Shown here: positions 21,710 to 32,564 of the stretch, one piece after another
How the letters are laid out: each line of letters begins with the position of its first letter
How positions within the stretch are numbered: the stretch's first letter is position 1
Source of the DNA: Synechococcus sp.
Lineage (GTDB): Bacteria; Cyanobacteriota; Cyanobacteriia; Thermostichales; PCC-7336
Direction of reading: 5' to 3'
Length of the DNA stretch: 64,000 nucleotides
Assembly (NCBI GenBank): GCA_051439605.1
Contig: JBFRWN010000017.1
Location: 128,001-192,000, forward strand
The notes under the pieces: generated by a model
The model's database searches: none
Seen by the model: the letters and a program-made list of their open reading frames with translations, nothing else
Told to the model about the DNA's origin: nothing
Made by a program: the position numbers and the translations under genes

Positions 21710-22138
21710 CTAGTCGGTGATTTTGGTTTTTCCTGCTAGCTGATACATGGTTTCAACAGAAGCGTGCATCGAGTCTTTAACCCGAGTAACTTCTTCCTCC
21801 CCCATTTCTTCCACAACAGCCATGTTGAGCTTGCGAACAAGCTTGATAAAGCGATCGACTTCTTCCCGCAAGGACTGATACCGCCGTTCGCTAGTTAAAA
21901 CAGGGTTAGCCCCATACCAAAGCCCTATCTCCAAAAACACTAAGCCAATGGTGACTGCAATCAATTTCAGGGTGTCATCTGCAAACAGAACGAAACCGCT
22001 GTAAATGATGAGAAGACCTGTAAGAGTCGAAACAACAGGAGCTTTTTGATTCAGTCGACGACGCCAGGAAACTTTGGAGGAGGGAGGCATAGGTAAACTC
22101 ATAACCAGAGAATAATGTCTCATCACTAAGATTCCCAC
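21710..22138 (-). CDS. Hypothetical two-TM membrane protein
   Basis: Two hydrophobic segments followed by a helical charged C-terminus; start uncertain. Confidence 0.65.
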   Translation of the reverse strand: MGILVMRHYSLVMSLPMPPSSKVSWRRRLNQKAPVVSTLTGLLIIYSGFVLFADDTLKLIAVTIGLVFLEIGLWYGANPVLTSERRYQSLREEVDRFIKLVRKLNMAVVEEMGEEEVTRVKDSMHASVETMYQLAGKTKITD

Positions 22139-23062
22139 TCAACGTCCACTGCATTCACGAAGTGAGATATATCACCCTATTGAACCTACTATTGCTATTG
22201 CACTTGAAAATTGTTTATAGTTTTACATCGACTTTATGTTACGTTGTAAAATTTTATCCCGCAAAAATAAAGGTTCAATGACACTGCAGGATTGCTGTTC
22301 TCCAAGTGATTTTCCGATCTTTCTTTAGCTTGATAATATTGATCGACTAGAATGTTGTATTGTCATAAGAAAAACTGTAAGAGATGGCAGTCATTTGTTG
22401 TGTTTTTGAGTATTTGCGTATGTTTTAATCGTGAATAAGCACCAAGTTTGCCCAGATTTACTTGAGCTTTTAAGTGAAGGATAGACTTGGATCATGACGT
22501 GAAAACATTAATTTTTTAACCATTTCGCCTGGCTGAATAAGTCTCACATCAGATGGGAATTGAGCTATTGAGCTATCCCTGTTTATGCATGCCGAAGTAT
22601 TACTGACAATTCTCCTAGACAAGGGCTACAGGGTTCAGGATTAGATAAATGGCGCGATAAAATTTCACAAACCTCTGATTTGAAAAAGTGGAAATACTTG
22701 AGTCCTTGCTGAAGCCCATGCAGTTTTTACTCAGTTAGCCTAAAGCTATTACTATTAACTCAAGCTTATAGCTGTCAAAAAACGATTAAAACTCGCTCAA
22801 GCTATCGCCAATATTGTATAGAGTCATGCCTTGACGCTTTATTCCTATCAAGAATTACTTTCCAAGGTGGTAACTAGCAAATTACGTTGTTGTAGTCTTT
22901 GTTGGTTACCTCCCTGCAAGCCCTTTAGAGCCAATCTCTTTCTCTCTTTCTGGAGATTGTGAGATGTTGCGTATTCCACAGGGGTTAGTTGGGCAGACTG
23001 TGTGAGCAAGATGCAGAGTCTGCATTGAGTTTGGAGTGCATACCGCAAGAGGTTTTTTAGGC

Positions 23063-23839
23063 ATGAAACTTACCCCCTTGGCGATCGCCCTGAGTGCCAC
23101 TGTTGGATTGACCCTCTGCTTTGGGGGCGAGAACGCCGCCATTGCTCAGCAGATGGATGATAGCGCTGGCAATTCCCAGCTGCTTGCTCAGTTTCGGGTT
23201 AACACACCTGGCCCTGGCGGCATCAATATCGATGTGGGCGGCGGCAGTTCCGACTCGGACAACACGGAGGACACTAACACCTCCAACAGCCAACCCGAAA
23301 ATAACCAATCTGCCGCAGCCTCAGGTGATGCGGGGGATTTTTCCGGAGAATTCAGCGCCTACGAGGATGACTTCAACGGGTTTGCCATCAATGTACCGGT
23401 AGAATTTACCCTCAGCTCCAAAGGACAAACCACCGATTGGCAGGGGCCAATCTTGGATGGTTTGGGCACCCTGATCTACATCAATTCGGCCCCAATTCCC
23501 GGTGTCTCGTCACAAACTCTTTACGACGCAAATTTCCAGCAATATCAACAGGATCGCTTCTACATCGAGGTCGAGCCTGTAGAAATTTTCTTCAAGGAAG
23601 AGGGGAAAGAACCCATTCGCGTGCCCGCCTTCAGTGCCAAAGAAGTCGACAATCAGAGGGGAACTCGGGATTCCAAACTGCCCGACGATATTCACCGCTG
23701 GCACCTATTCGTGTTTGGCAATGAGCGCACCTATACACTGGGTTTCACTGGTTCTTTCCAGACCTTCCAAGATAACGATGTGCAGGATGTTTACGAGCAA
23801 GTGCTAGCATCCGTTCGTCTGATTCCCATCGTGGAATAA
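23063..23839 (+). CDS. Secreted hypothetical protein, possibly PsbP/DcrB-like fold
   Basis: Signal peptide MKLTPLAIAL..AIA, acidic linker, YEDDFNGFAINVP and ERTYTLGFT..VLASVR patterns. Confidence 0.6.
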   Translation: MKLTPLAIALSATVGLTLCFGGENAAIAQQMDDSAGNSQLLAQFRVNTPGPGGINIDVGGGSSDSDNTEDTNTSNSQPENNQSAAASGDAGDFSGEFSAYEDDFNGFAINVPVEFTLSSKGQTTDWQGPILDGLGTLIYINSAPIPGVSSQTLYDANFQQYQQDRFYIEVEPVEIFFKEEGKEPIRVPAFSAKEVDNQRGTRDSKLPDDIHRWHLFVFGNERTYTLGFTGSFQTFQDNDVQDVYEQVLASVRLIPIVE

Positions 23840-23866
23840 TATAGACAACCAGGATATACAGTCCAT

Positions 23867-23903
23867 TGAAAGATCCTCCTCAAAAATTGGGGGGGATCTT
23901 TCA
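23867..23903. terminator. Hairpin between convergent genes
   Basis: TGAAAGATCC...GGATCTTTCA inverted repeat. Confidence 0.6.
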
Positions 23904-24042
23904 TTTGGAGGGATTCGGGGGATGCTTACTTGAACATGTTACCTATAGCAACCGTCAAGTCGATTGGTACAGTTTAGCTATCCCAATCGAGGACTGAGTA
24001 TAGAGACTTATGTCCTAGCTAAAACTTCAAAGACTTTATCAG

Positions 24043-25302
24043 TCAGCCTTCTGGTGACATTGCAGAGATGTTTGAGGTCATCATGCGATCGCGACCGGCT
24101 GCTTTGGCTTGATACAACGCTTTATCTGCCTCTGCCACCAGCATCCCAACACCGACCTCATTCTGAGGAACCATACCTGAAATCCCGAAACTGAGGGTGA
24201 CGCGATCGCGGACTTGCGAATTGACATGAGCAATACCTAACCCCTCGACCTCCGCCTGAACCGCTTGCACCACTGCCTCTGCTCCCTCAAGATCGGTGTT
24301 GAACAGCACCAGTGCAAACTCCTCTCCACCAAATCTGGCGGCCAGATCGGAGGGTCGCTTTAAGGCTTCCTTGAGCACAGCCGATACCTGTTTGAGGCAG
24401 AGATCCCCTTGCAGGTGACCGTAGGTGTCGTTGTATTGCTTGAAATAATCGATGTCGCACAAAATCACAACCATGTGCGCCTGTTCGCGACGAGACAGCT
24501 GCCAAGTTTGCTCTAAAAAATCATTAAAGTATCTGCGGTTGGCTAACTCCGTCAGTTCGTCGTGGGTGGCTAAAAATTCCAGACGGCTGTTGACGCGGTC
24601 CAGTTCTACATTGGATTTTTCCAGCTCAGCTTGGGCTCGCTTGCGCGAGACAATCTCTTGCAGCAACAGTTGATTTTTGGTTGCCAACTCTTGAGTGCGT
24701 TCTTGCACCAGAGCTTCCAGATTTTGGTTGATGTGTTGCAGCTGGCGGTTAAGGGCATCTACCTGTTGACGACTTTCCTCCACCTGCAGGATGCCTCGGT
24801 AGGATCTCAATGAGGTAATAGTGATCGAGAATAGCTTTTGCTGGGTCAGTTCGGTTTTATTGCGATAGTCGTTGATATCGTAGGCCTCGATCACCGATGT
24901 CTCGGGTGCAATCCCGGGCTGGCCAGTGCGCAAAACAATTCGCAAAAACTGGTTGTGTAGGGTTTCACGAACGTATTTGACCACCTCCAGTCCCGAGAGG
25001 TCAGTCTCCATCACGACATCCAGCAGGAGCACGGCGATGTCGGAGGTATTGGCCAGAATCTCTTTGGCCTCTGCCTCAGAATAAGCGGATATTAATTCGA
25101 CGGAACGACCTTCAAATTCAAAATTCTTTAGCGCTAATTGGGTGACGGAATGCACCTGTTCTTCATCGTCAACCACCAACACTTTCCAGGGACTGAGATC
25201 GCCAGCTTCAAGAGCAGTCAGCCCGGTGTCCTCGTCTAGAAAGACAAGCTCGTCATCCTCCTCTTCTTGCCATAGAGCAGCTGGAACTATTTCGCCCTCC
25301 AT
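24043..25302 (-). CDS. Receiver-coiled coil-GGDEF diguanylate cyclase
   Basis: VVDDE, LLDVVME receiver; DELTELANRR, DIDYFKQYND, RPSD I-site, GGEEF. Confidence 0.93.
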   Translation of the reverse strand: MEGEIVPAALWQEEEDDELVFLDEDTGLTALEAGDLSPWKVLVVDDEEQVHSVTQLALKNFEFEGRSVELISAYSEAEAKEILANTSDIAVLLLDVVMETDLSGLEVVKYVRETLHNQFLRIVLRTGQPGIAPETSVIEAYDINDYRNKTELTQQKLFSITITSLRSYRGILQVEESRQQVDALNRQLQHINQNLEALVQERTQELATKNQLLLQEIVSRKRAQAELEKSNVELDRVNSRLEFLATHDELTELANRRYFNDFLEQTWQLSRREQAHMVVILCDIDYFKQYNDTYGHLQGDLCLKQVSAVLKEALKRPSDLAARFGGEEFALVLFNTDLEGAEAVVQAVQAEVEGLGIAHVNSQVRDRVTLSFGISGMVPQNEVGVGMLVAEADKALYQAKAAGRDRMMTSNISAMSPEG

Positions 25303-25323
25303 CCGGTTTCTCCTCTCTTTGCT

Positions 25324-26580
25324 TTACTCTACCGCCAAGGTTTGCGGTAGGTTCAAGATAAATGTAGTGCCTTCCCCCAAAGTGCTTTTACATTGCAAGG
25401 TACCCTGAAGGCTTTGGGTCACAATGTTATGCACGATATTGAGCCCTAAACCACTGCCACCACGATCGCGTGCGGTGGTGAAAAACGGGTCAAACATCTT
25501 CTGTTGAACTTCCGGGGCAATCCCCTTTCCATCATCCGAATATTCAATCGCGATCCGACCCTGTTGCTGTTTTACCTGGAATACTAGGCTACCCCGCTCC
25601 CCCGGCTCGTAAGCATGCACCAGCGAATTCATCACTAAGTTCGTAACTACCTGCGAAACAATCCCCGGGCAACCCTCCATTTCAATGTCGGCATCCCCTT
25701 GAACGACAAATGAATGTTTAGCTTTTTTCCACTGGGGTTCCAAACTCACGGCGATACTTTCGAGATAGCCCACCACCTTGAAGGCACGCGTCTCTAAGTT
25801 GGTTTGGTCGATCGCCACCTGCTTGAAATTTTGAATAATGTCGGCAGCTCGACGCAGGTTATTGAGAACTAAATTGCTGCTTTCAGTAGCGGTTTCCACA
25901 TAATGTTTGAGCATCGATTTTTTGAGCGCCCCGCTGCTGAAAGAGCGATCGAATAGGGCGGTTTCCTGGGCGAGCACGGAGGCAGCCAAGATGGCGTTTC
26001 CCACCGGCGTATTGATTTCGTGGGCCACTCCTGCTACGAGCTGACCCAGACTGGCTAATTTTTCTGTCCGGACCAGCTCCTCCTGCATGGCCTCCAGTTC
26101 GGAGAGGGTTTGAGAGAGTTCTTGGGTGCGCTCCCGCACTTGGTCCTCCAGGCCTTGGCGATACACCATTAACTGTTTTTCTTTCTCGTAGCTATTTAGG
26201 GCTTCGCGCACAGTGAGCTGGAGGTCGGAAGGGGGCCAGGGTTTGCCTAAAAAGCGATAGAGATTTGCGGTGTTGATGGCATTGGCAATGCCTTCTAAGG
26301 TGGCATGTCCGGTAAGCATAACCGCCAACGTATGGGGGGAGATACGGTGAATGTTGGTGAGCACTTCGTCTCCTTTCATGTCTGGCATGATGTAGTCGGA
26401 GATGACTAAGGCTAGCTCGCAATCGTCCTCAAGCAGATCTTCCACCAGGCTGAGGGCATCCTCTCCCCCAATGGCCGTTTCAATTTCACACCGGTCTTCA
26501 AACGCTTCAGACAGTTCCCGCCGTAGGCTATCTAGCACAGAGGAATCGTCGTCAATACAGAGAACAATCGGTTTAGACAT
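25324..26580 (-). CDS. Hybrid histidine kinase (REC-HisKA-HATPase), no sensor domain
   Basis: CIDDD / ISDYIMP receiver; GVAHEINTP H-box, NSLVHA, DDGKG, FFTT, GSGLGL. Confidence 0.93.
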   Translation of the reverse strand: MSKPIVLCIDDDSSVLDSLRRELSEAFEDRCEIETAIGGEDALSLVEDLLEDDCELALVISDYIMPDMKGDEVLTNIHRISPHTLAVMLTGHATLEGIANAINTANLYRFLGKPWPPSDLQLTVREALNSYEKEKQLMVYRQGLEDQVRERTQELSQTLSELEAMQEELVRTEKLASLGQLVAGVAHEINTPVGNAILAASVLAQETALFDRSFSSGALKKSMLKHYVETATESSNLVLNNLRRAADIIQNFKQVAIDQTNLETRAFKVVGYLESIAVSLEPQWKKAKHSFVVQGDADIEMEGCPGIVSQVVTNLVMNSLVHAYEPGERGSLVFQVKQQQGRIAIEYSDDGKGIAPEVQQKMFDPFFTTARDRGGSGLGLNIVHNIVTQSLQGTLQCKSTLGEGTTFILNLPQTLAVE

Positions 26581-26592
26581 GGCAGGGCATGT

Positions 26593-26991
26593 TTAAGTCA
26601 ATTTGGCTATGGCCGTTTTAATACAGTTAGCCAGTTCGTGGCTATCCCACGGCTTGCGAAGGCATGCGTGCAAATTAGCGTTCTGACGAGCATTGTCGAC
26701 CGCATCGTCGTCTGCCTGACCGGTAAGCAACACTTTAATGGTTTCGGGATATTTGCGATGGGCCTCAATCAACAGCTCGTCCCCTTTTTTGCCGGGCATC
26801 AGCCAATCAGAAACAATCAGCAGTACGGAGGTCTTCTCCTCTTCCATTTCCTCCATCAGCTCAAGGGCTTCGTCGGCATTGGCAGCTGTTTCGTAAGTGT
26901 AGCTGTCCCCAAAGGCTTCTTCCAGTTGCCGGAGGAGACTGCTGAGGATAATTGCTTCGTCATCAACACAGATAATGGCTGGTTTGGTCAT
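26593..26991 (-). CDS. Stand-alone response regulator receiver
   Basis: CVDDE, VSDWLMP, LTGQ, KPW. Confidence 0.92.
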   Translation of the reverse strand: MTKPAIICVDDEAIILSSLLRQLEEAFGDSYTYETAANADEALELMEEMEEEKTSVLLIVSDWLMPGKKGDELLIEAHRKYPETIKVLLTGQADDDAVDNARQNANLHACLRKPWDSHELANCIKTAIAKLT

Positions 26992-27676
26992 CTCAGTTCA
27001 AAAAAGGAGTGAGGAGATAGGATGATACCGTCTCCGATCGCAGATTAGGTTCGATGCTGCCTAGGTAAGTTTTACAGGGCATCGTAACAATTTTGTCATA
27101 GGTCATCGCTTTTGAGCCTCCTTTTGTGGCAGAAATAAAATAACTGGTGCGAAATCTCGTGAGGGTAGGAAAGGTGGCAGTTTGAGAGGGAGTCTCAATA
27201 GAACTTGCGAGGATGCAGCTCTATTATTGGTGGCCCGATCGAGTGCAATTATGCTAGTCATCGATCGCCACGCGCCAGTTTGAATTCACTGCCCCGTCAA
27301 TGGTAGTGAACGAGTAGAAAATATCCATAGATGGTCATTTTTTGACAGCATGTTTTAACGATTAAATAGTTTCATGTAGCAAATTCCCTCATCAAAGACT
27401 AAGAGCGATCCAACAAATAAAGTATCAAGAGATCGTAGCAACAAGGCCAATACAGATGAATGGATTCGGCTGTTTTGGCCGTTTTTGAACATGACATCTT
27501 TCAAGCTTGTGGGCCACGGCTGTTGGGCGAATTCAGATCTATTTTGATTTAGATGGACCTGCAGCGAGCTGAGCAGACCCCCCTAACCCGATCGCTATTC
27601 TCCGATCTCCATTTGGCGAACGCAGGAAATAATAGCCCTATCCCCCAGCGCGATTTCACCCCAAGGAGCCCTTTGC

Positions 27677-28525
27677 ATGAGACAGGTATCCGCGACGCAG
27701 TCTGTAATTCAAGTCGATGCGTTTTCCAACAACCCATTTACTGGTAACCCTGCAGCGGTGTGCGTGATGGAAGAAGGGACCAACAATGACTGGATGCGTC
27801 AAGTGGCGGCGGAAATGAATCTTTCGGAGACTGCCTTTGTGGTGCGCTGTGGGGACGATTTTGGGTTGAGGTGGTTTACTCCTGTTATGGAGGTGGACTT
27901 ATGCGGTCACGCCACATTGGCCAGTGCCCACGTGCTGTGGTCTGAAGAGTACGTGACCCAAAAAGACAGTATTCGCTTTCATACTAAGAGCGGCTTACTA
28001 ACCGCTACTCTGAAAGGGAATTGGATCGAGTTAAATTTCCCCAGTCAGCCGGTGCAACCCATCGAGCCCCTACCTTTACTGCTAGAGGCGCTGGGGTTAG
28101 CGAAGATCGATGATGGGGTAGAGGTGTTTGCCAACGCCGTAAACTATCTAGTGGAAGTCTCTAGTCCCGATATTTTACGAGGGCTTCAGCCCGATTTTGC
28201 CCATCTAGCCACATTGCCCAAGATGGGGTCAATTGTCACCTGTCCAGGGGAAGGGGATTATGACTTTTTGTCCCGCTACTTTGCCCCGAATGCGGGGATC
28301 GACGAAGACCCGGTGACTGGGTCTGCTCACTGTTCTTTGGCTCCTTATTGGAGCAATCGCCTAGGACAATCAGAATTGTTGGCTTACCAAGCCTCTGCAA
28401 GAGGAGGAATTGTAAAGGTGGCAATGTTGGGCGATCGCGTAGCGGTCAGCGGACAGGCAGTAACAGTGATGCGGGGGCAATTATCTGTGGCCCCTCCCAA
28501 ACCGGGGGATGAAGCGGTATGTTGA
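27677..28525 (+). CDS. PhzF-family isomerase
   Basis: QVDAF, GNPAAV, EMNLSETAF, DLCGHATLA, EDPVTGSAH. Confidence 0.92.
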   Translation: MRQVSATQSVIQVDAFSNNPFTGNPAAVCVMEEGTNNDWMRQVAAEMNLSETAFVVRCGDDFGLRWFTPVMEVDLCGHATLASAHVLWSEEYVTQKDSIRFHTKSGLLTATLKGNWIELNFPSQPVQPIEPLPLLLEALGLAKIDDGVEVFANAVNYLVEVSSPDILRGLQPDFAHLATLPKMGSIVTCPGEGDYDFLSRYFAPNAGIDEDPVTGSAHCSLAPYWSNRLGQSELLAYQASARGGIVKVAMLGDRVAVSGQAVTVMRGQLSVAPPKPGDEAVC

Positions 28526-28533
28526 CACCATGC

Positions 28534-28560
28534 AAAAAAAACACCACAGAGACTGCGGTG
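28534..28560 (-). terminator. Intrinsic terminator of msrB
   Basis: Minus strand reads CACCGCAG-TCT-CTGTGGTG followed by a T8 run. Confidence 0.6.
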
Positions 28561-28669
28561 CCAAAATGTGTATTGTCAAAGTGAAACTTGCAATTCTCTT
28601 TGATGCTCTATCTCCGTTATGGCATTTCCAGATATAAATCTGGGGGAGTCAGTAGGAAACTTCACGAAT

Positions 28670-29071
28670 TTATTCATCTGTCGGTACGAAATCGAGGGAT
28701 GCGGAGTTCATGCAGTAGCGCAGGCCAGTGGGGCGAGGACCGTCGTTAAAAACGTGCCCCAGGTGCGCATCGCACTGGTTGCAAAGCACCTCGGTGCGTC
28801 GCATAAATAAACTGTTGTCCTCTTCTAACTTGACGTTGTCCTTATCCGCTGCATCCCAAAAACTGGGCCAGCCGGTGCCGGATACAAACTTGGTGTCGGA
28901 GTCAAACAGCTTGGCACCACAGCAGATGCAGTTGTAAACCCCTTTTGATTTATTGTCCCAATACTGACCAGTAAAGGCCCGTTCCGTTCCCTTCTTACGG
29001 GTGACTTTGAACTGCTCGGGGGTGAGTTGCTCACGCCATTCGGCGTCAGACTTTTGGATTTTTAGGGCCAT
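28670..29071 (-). CDS. msrB: Peptide methionine (R)-sulfoxide reductase
   Basis: [42 protein letters not shown] at 29071 likely. Confidence 0.96.
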   Translation of the reverse strand: MALKIQKSDAEWREQLTPEQFKVTRKKGTERAFTGQYWDNKSKGVYNCICCGAKLFDSDTKFVSGTGWPSFWDAADKDNVKLEEDNSLFMRRTEVLCNQCDAHLGHVFNDGPRPTGLRYCMNSASLDFVPTDE

Positions 29072-29230
29072 GATTTGACTGTGCAATAGATGGACTGAGC
29101 AATCAATTCGCTCGGGAATCAATTCTCTGGGAGTACAGTCACAACCAGGACAGCAAAGCTCCTGGAAATAACTGCAAACAACGCAGCTCTTGCGTCCCGT
29201 TCATCTTAACTGCGCTTTTTGAGCGTTTGG

Positions 29231-30520
29231 TTAAAGCTGCTTGAGGAGATGCTCTGCAGCCAGCTCGCCGCTACGCATCGATCCTTCAATACTGCTGTGT
29301 TGGGTGAATTCCCCCGCCAGGATTAAACCCGGAACCTGGCTGATGTTGTTGGGGAGTCGATCGTGGATGCCGGGGGGTTGATCGAACTGGGCAAAGGGAA
29401 TGCGATACTCCTTCAAGAACGTCAGGCAATCTCCCTCCAGATGAGGAAACCACTGCAACAGTTCCCGATGGCAACGTTGAACCAGCTCGGCAGTAGTGAA
29501 TTCTGGATTGCCCAACACCGTGACGGACAGAAGGTTGCGAGTGGCGGGGGCGAGGGCGGGGCTGACGTTACTCAACTGCACGCAATTGTTGATGGTGCCG
29601 TTGGAGGAGAGGGCGCTATTGAGGTGGATGGCGGCTTGGGGATGAGCGGAGATGGGGGTGCTGAAATACAGGCAGGTGACCCCCCTTGGATTGCAGGGGG
29701 AAGCGGGTTGGCTCACCTCTAGGTCAGGGAGCAGGTGGGGGATGGCGGGGGATGAGGTGGCGCATATAACCCAATCCGCCTCAACAGATGTGCCATCTTG
29801 CATGACAACTCCCGTGGCTTTTCCGTCCTTAACTTGAATGCGTTCTACAGGGGCGTTGCAGCGCAACTGCTGCGAGGATAGGTAAGCGGCTAACTGCTCG
29901 GTAATCGCCCCCATGCCATGCTTCGGCGTCACGATCGCCCCTTCCGAGAGCATCTTGAAATAGAACTGGAACAGGCGGGCGCTGGTTTTAATCTCGGGAT
30001 CCAAGAAGATTCCGCCGTAAAAAGGAAGGAAGAAATGCTGAATGATTTTGTTAGAAAATCCCCATCGCTTGAGGAAGTCGATAGTCGGTAAATCAGGCTG
30101 CTGCCATATTTGCTCGATGGAGGTACGCCACAGTTTTGCCCGCAACGCTAGCACTCTGACTTTGTCCGGCAGCGTCAGCAGTGGGTTGGTCAATGACGGC
30201 AGCAGGGTGCCGGGGGCACGCAGCGGATCGCCGATAGGATAGTGGCGATCGCCCTGTACCAACACGGCACCGGGATCGTAGTTGCACACTTGCAACGCTT
30301 CCAGATCCAGATGCCGCTGTACGCAGGGATAGGCGGTAAAGAGCACTTGAAAACCGCGATCGAGCTTGAATCCATCTATCGTGTCTGTTCGCACCCGACC
30401 GCCAGGGCGATCGCTTTGCTCCAAAACTACAAAATCTTCGCATCCCCCTTGGCGCAAAACTTTGGCGCAGGTTAACCCCGCTAGCCCTGCCCCCACGATC
30501 GCCACAGACCGTTTCATCAT
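29231..30520 (-). CDS. FAD-dependent oxidoreductase (amine oxidase family)
   Basis: GAGLAGL, GGRVRTD, LDRGFQV, SIEGSMRSG. Confidence 0.88.
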   Translation of the reverse strand: MMKRSVAIVGAGLAGLTCAKVLRQGGCEDFVVLEQSDRPGGRVRTDTIDGFKLDRGFQVLFTAYPCVQRHLDLEALQVCNYDPGAVLVQGDRHYPIGDPLRAPGTLLPSLTNPLLTLPDKVRVLALRAKLWRTSIEQIWQQPDLPTIDFLKRWGFSNKIIQHFFLPFYGGIFLDPEIKTSARLFQFYFKMLSEGAIVTPKHGMGAITEQLAAYLSSQQLRCNAPVERIQVKDGKATGVVMQDGTSVEADWVICATSSPAIPHLLPDLEVSQPASPCNPRGVTCLYFSTPISAHPQAAIHLNSALSSNGTINNCVQLSNVSPALAPATRNLLSVTVLGNPEFTTAELVQRCHRELLQWFPHLEGDCLTFLKEYRIPFAQFDQPPGIHDRLPNNISQVPGLILAGEFTQHSSIEGSMRSGELAAEHLLKQL

Positions 30521-30580
30521 GACTCGCCCTCCTCTGACCCCCGAGTTCTACCATTATGGGGATGACTGCTGGCAGAACAA

Positions 30581-32209
30581 ATGGGATTGACGGGATTTTT
30601 CGATCGGCGACCGGGTAGCAAAACCGTAGCGATCGCTGCGATAGCCTTTTTTACACTAGTTTGCGGTTTGGCCCTCCATCGCTACTTAAATTTCTTCGCA
30701 TCAGAAGCCAGCTTCGATCAAGGGATCTTTAATCAGGTGTTTTGGAACGGCTTGCACGGCCGTTTATTTCAAAGTTCGCTGTCCTCTACCCTGTCCGCCT
30801 CCGTCACCCTAGAGGGGGATCTACCTCGCGTTGACTACCATCGCCTGGGGCAACATTTCACCCCTGCACTGCTGCTGTGGTTGCCGATCTATGCCCTTTA
30901 TCCCAGCGTGGTTACCCTCAGCGTGCTGCAAGTTGTGCTAGTCACTTCCGCTGGTATGGTCCTATTTGCTTTGGCCCGCGAACACCAGCTAGAACCGGCC
31001 CTTGCCGCCACCCTGACCATCAGCTTTTACTGCGCCATCGCCGTCATTGGCCCCACCCTGCAAAACTTCCACGATTTTAGCCAGCTGCCCCTGTTCGTGT
31101 TTGGCATGATGTACGCCCTGGAAAAGCGCTGGTGGTGGCTTTATGCCCCCCTGGCCATCTTGATACCCATGGCTAGAGAGGACTCTGGGGTGATTTTGCT
31201 TAGTCTGGGATTCTTCCTGACGGTGAGTCGCAAAGCCCCACGCTTGGGGATGGGCTTGTGCCTATATAGCGTGGCTTATATCCTGACCGTGACCAACGTC
31301 CTGATGCCAATGTTTTCGGAGGATGTGTCGCAGCGATTTGCAATCGAGCGCTTTGGACAATATGTCGACAGCGATTCTGCCTCCACCCTTGAATTGATTT
31401 GGGCCATGGCGCGCCGTCCCTGGCTAGTGGCCGCAGAGATTCTGCAGCCCTTTGACCGCACTCTACTCTACCTACTCAGTCAGTGGTTACCTCTGGCATT
31501 TATTTGTGTTATCTCGCCAGCCGCTTGGCTGGCCGCAGGGTTCCCGCTCCTGCTTCTGCTTTTAGCCCAAGGGCAAACTGTTCTATCAACCACCACCCGC
31601 TATGCCATGGCCATTGTGCCCGGTTTGTTTTACGGCACGATGCTGTGGTGGACCCACCATCCTAAAGGGTTTCGACCGGGGTTCCGCCGCTTTTGGAGCT
31701 TTTGTCTGGCTCTCTCTCTATTGTTTACCCTGACCCCAAATCCCCATCGCACATTTTCCTTTTTAATTCCTGACTCTTTCGATCCGTTGGTGTATGCCAC
31801 TGCTGGGAAACAGTGGCAACACGCTGCAGCAGTTCGCCCTTTGCTGAGCGCAGTACCCGCAGACAGCTTTGTGGCAGCCACGTCCCACTTGGTGCCCCAC
31901 TTATCGAGCCGAAGAGAAATTGTGCGTCTCCCAGGGTTGCGATTACAAAACGATTCTGGAGAGACGGTTACTGCGGAATATCTGCTAGCAGACCTGTGGC
32001 AACTGGAGCAGTATCAAGTGGCATTTAAGCATGAACGTAGACTCTTGGAAGCCATTAGCAACCTGATTGATGAGGCGATCTCCGAGGACAAGTATGGGGT
32101 AGTGGGGTATGCAGATGGAACGATCCTGTTGAAACAATCGGCCCCCAACGATCCGGACCTGCTGCGGCAATGGCAGAACTACCGCGAGCAACTATCTGCA
32201 GTCGCATAG
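30581..32209 (+). CDS. DUF2079-family polytopic membrane protein
   Basis: FDQGIFNQVFWN, LGQHFTP, NFHDF, RED, RYA motifs; many TM helices. Confidence 0.8.
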   Translation: MGLTGFFDRRPGSKTVAIAAIAFFTLVCGLALHRYLNFFASEASFDQGIFNQVFWNGLHGRLFQSSLSSTLSASVTLEGDLPRVDYHRLGQHFTPALLLWLPIYALYPSVVTLSVLQVVLVTSAGMVLFALAREHQLEPALAATLTISFYCAIAVIGPTLQNFHDFSQLPLFVFGMMYALEKRWWWLYAPLAILIPMAREDSGVILLSLGFFLTVSRKAPRLGMGLCLYSVAYILTVTNVLMPMFSEDVSQRFAIERFGQYVDSDSASTLELIWAMARRPWLVAAEILQPFDRTLLYLLSQWLPLAFICVISPAAWLAAGFPLLLLLLAQGQTVLSTTTRYAMAIVPGLFYGTMLWWTHHPKGFRPGFRRFWSFCLALSLLFTLTPNPHRTFSFLIPDSFDPLVYATAGKQWQHAAAVRPLLSAVPADSFVAATSHLVPHLSSRREIVRLPGLRLQNDSGETVTAEYLLADLWQLEQYQVAFKHERRLLEAISNLIDEAISEDKYGVVGYADGTILLKQSAPNDPDLLRQWQNYREQLSAVA

Positions 32210-32243
32210 TTGGGAAGAGTTCAGTTCAGCTATTGAGTTAGTG

Positions 32244-32360
32244 AAAACCATTTTAGTTAAAGCCATTTAAGATGAATTCATTATTAATGAAAGAAATTTT
32301 AGATAGTGCTCTTTTTAGCTAAAGCCATTTTAGGCCAAGTTATTTTAGGTAATGCATTGG
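32244..32360. repeat. Degenerate 15-16 nt tandem repeat (about 7 units)
   Basis: aaaaccattttagtt / aaagccatttaagat / gaattcattattaat / gaaagaaattttagat / agtgctctttttagct / aaagccattttaggc / caagttattttaggt. Confidence 0.55.
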
Positions 32361-32564
32361 GGGAAACTCTCCGCAATGGTTTTGGCAGATGACCCGTTCT
32401 AGGGCTATTGCTGCAATTGTTTAGATCTATGTCGGAGTACTTCTACGTATCAAACAGAGAAGATTTACGTACAGCAATGTCTAATGTGCTAGGAATACTG
32501 AGTTCGCTGAGGGTGAAGACGGGTAACTTCTTTGACATCGATGTCGCTTTCTTTAACCACCACT

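Noticed and set aside
21113..21713. Overlapping short ORFs downstream of ftsH
   Set aside because: No recognisable motifs or RBS, and they conflict with one another; no gene call is supportable.
32244..32360. CRISPR array
   Set aside because: Units are 15-16 nt, degenerate, have no unique spacers, and there are no cas genes.
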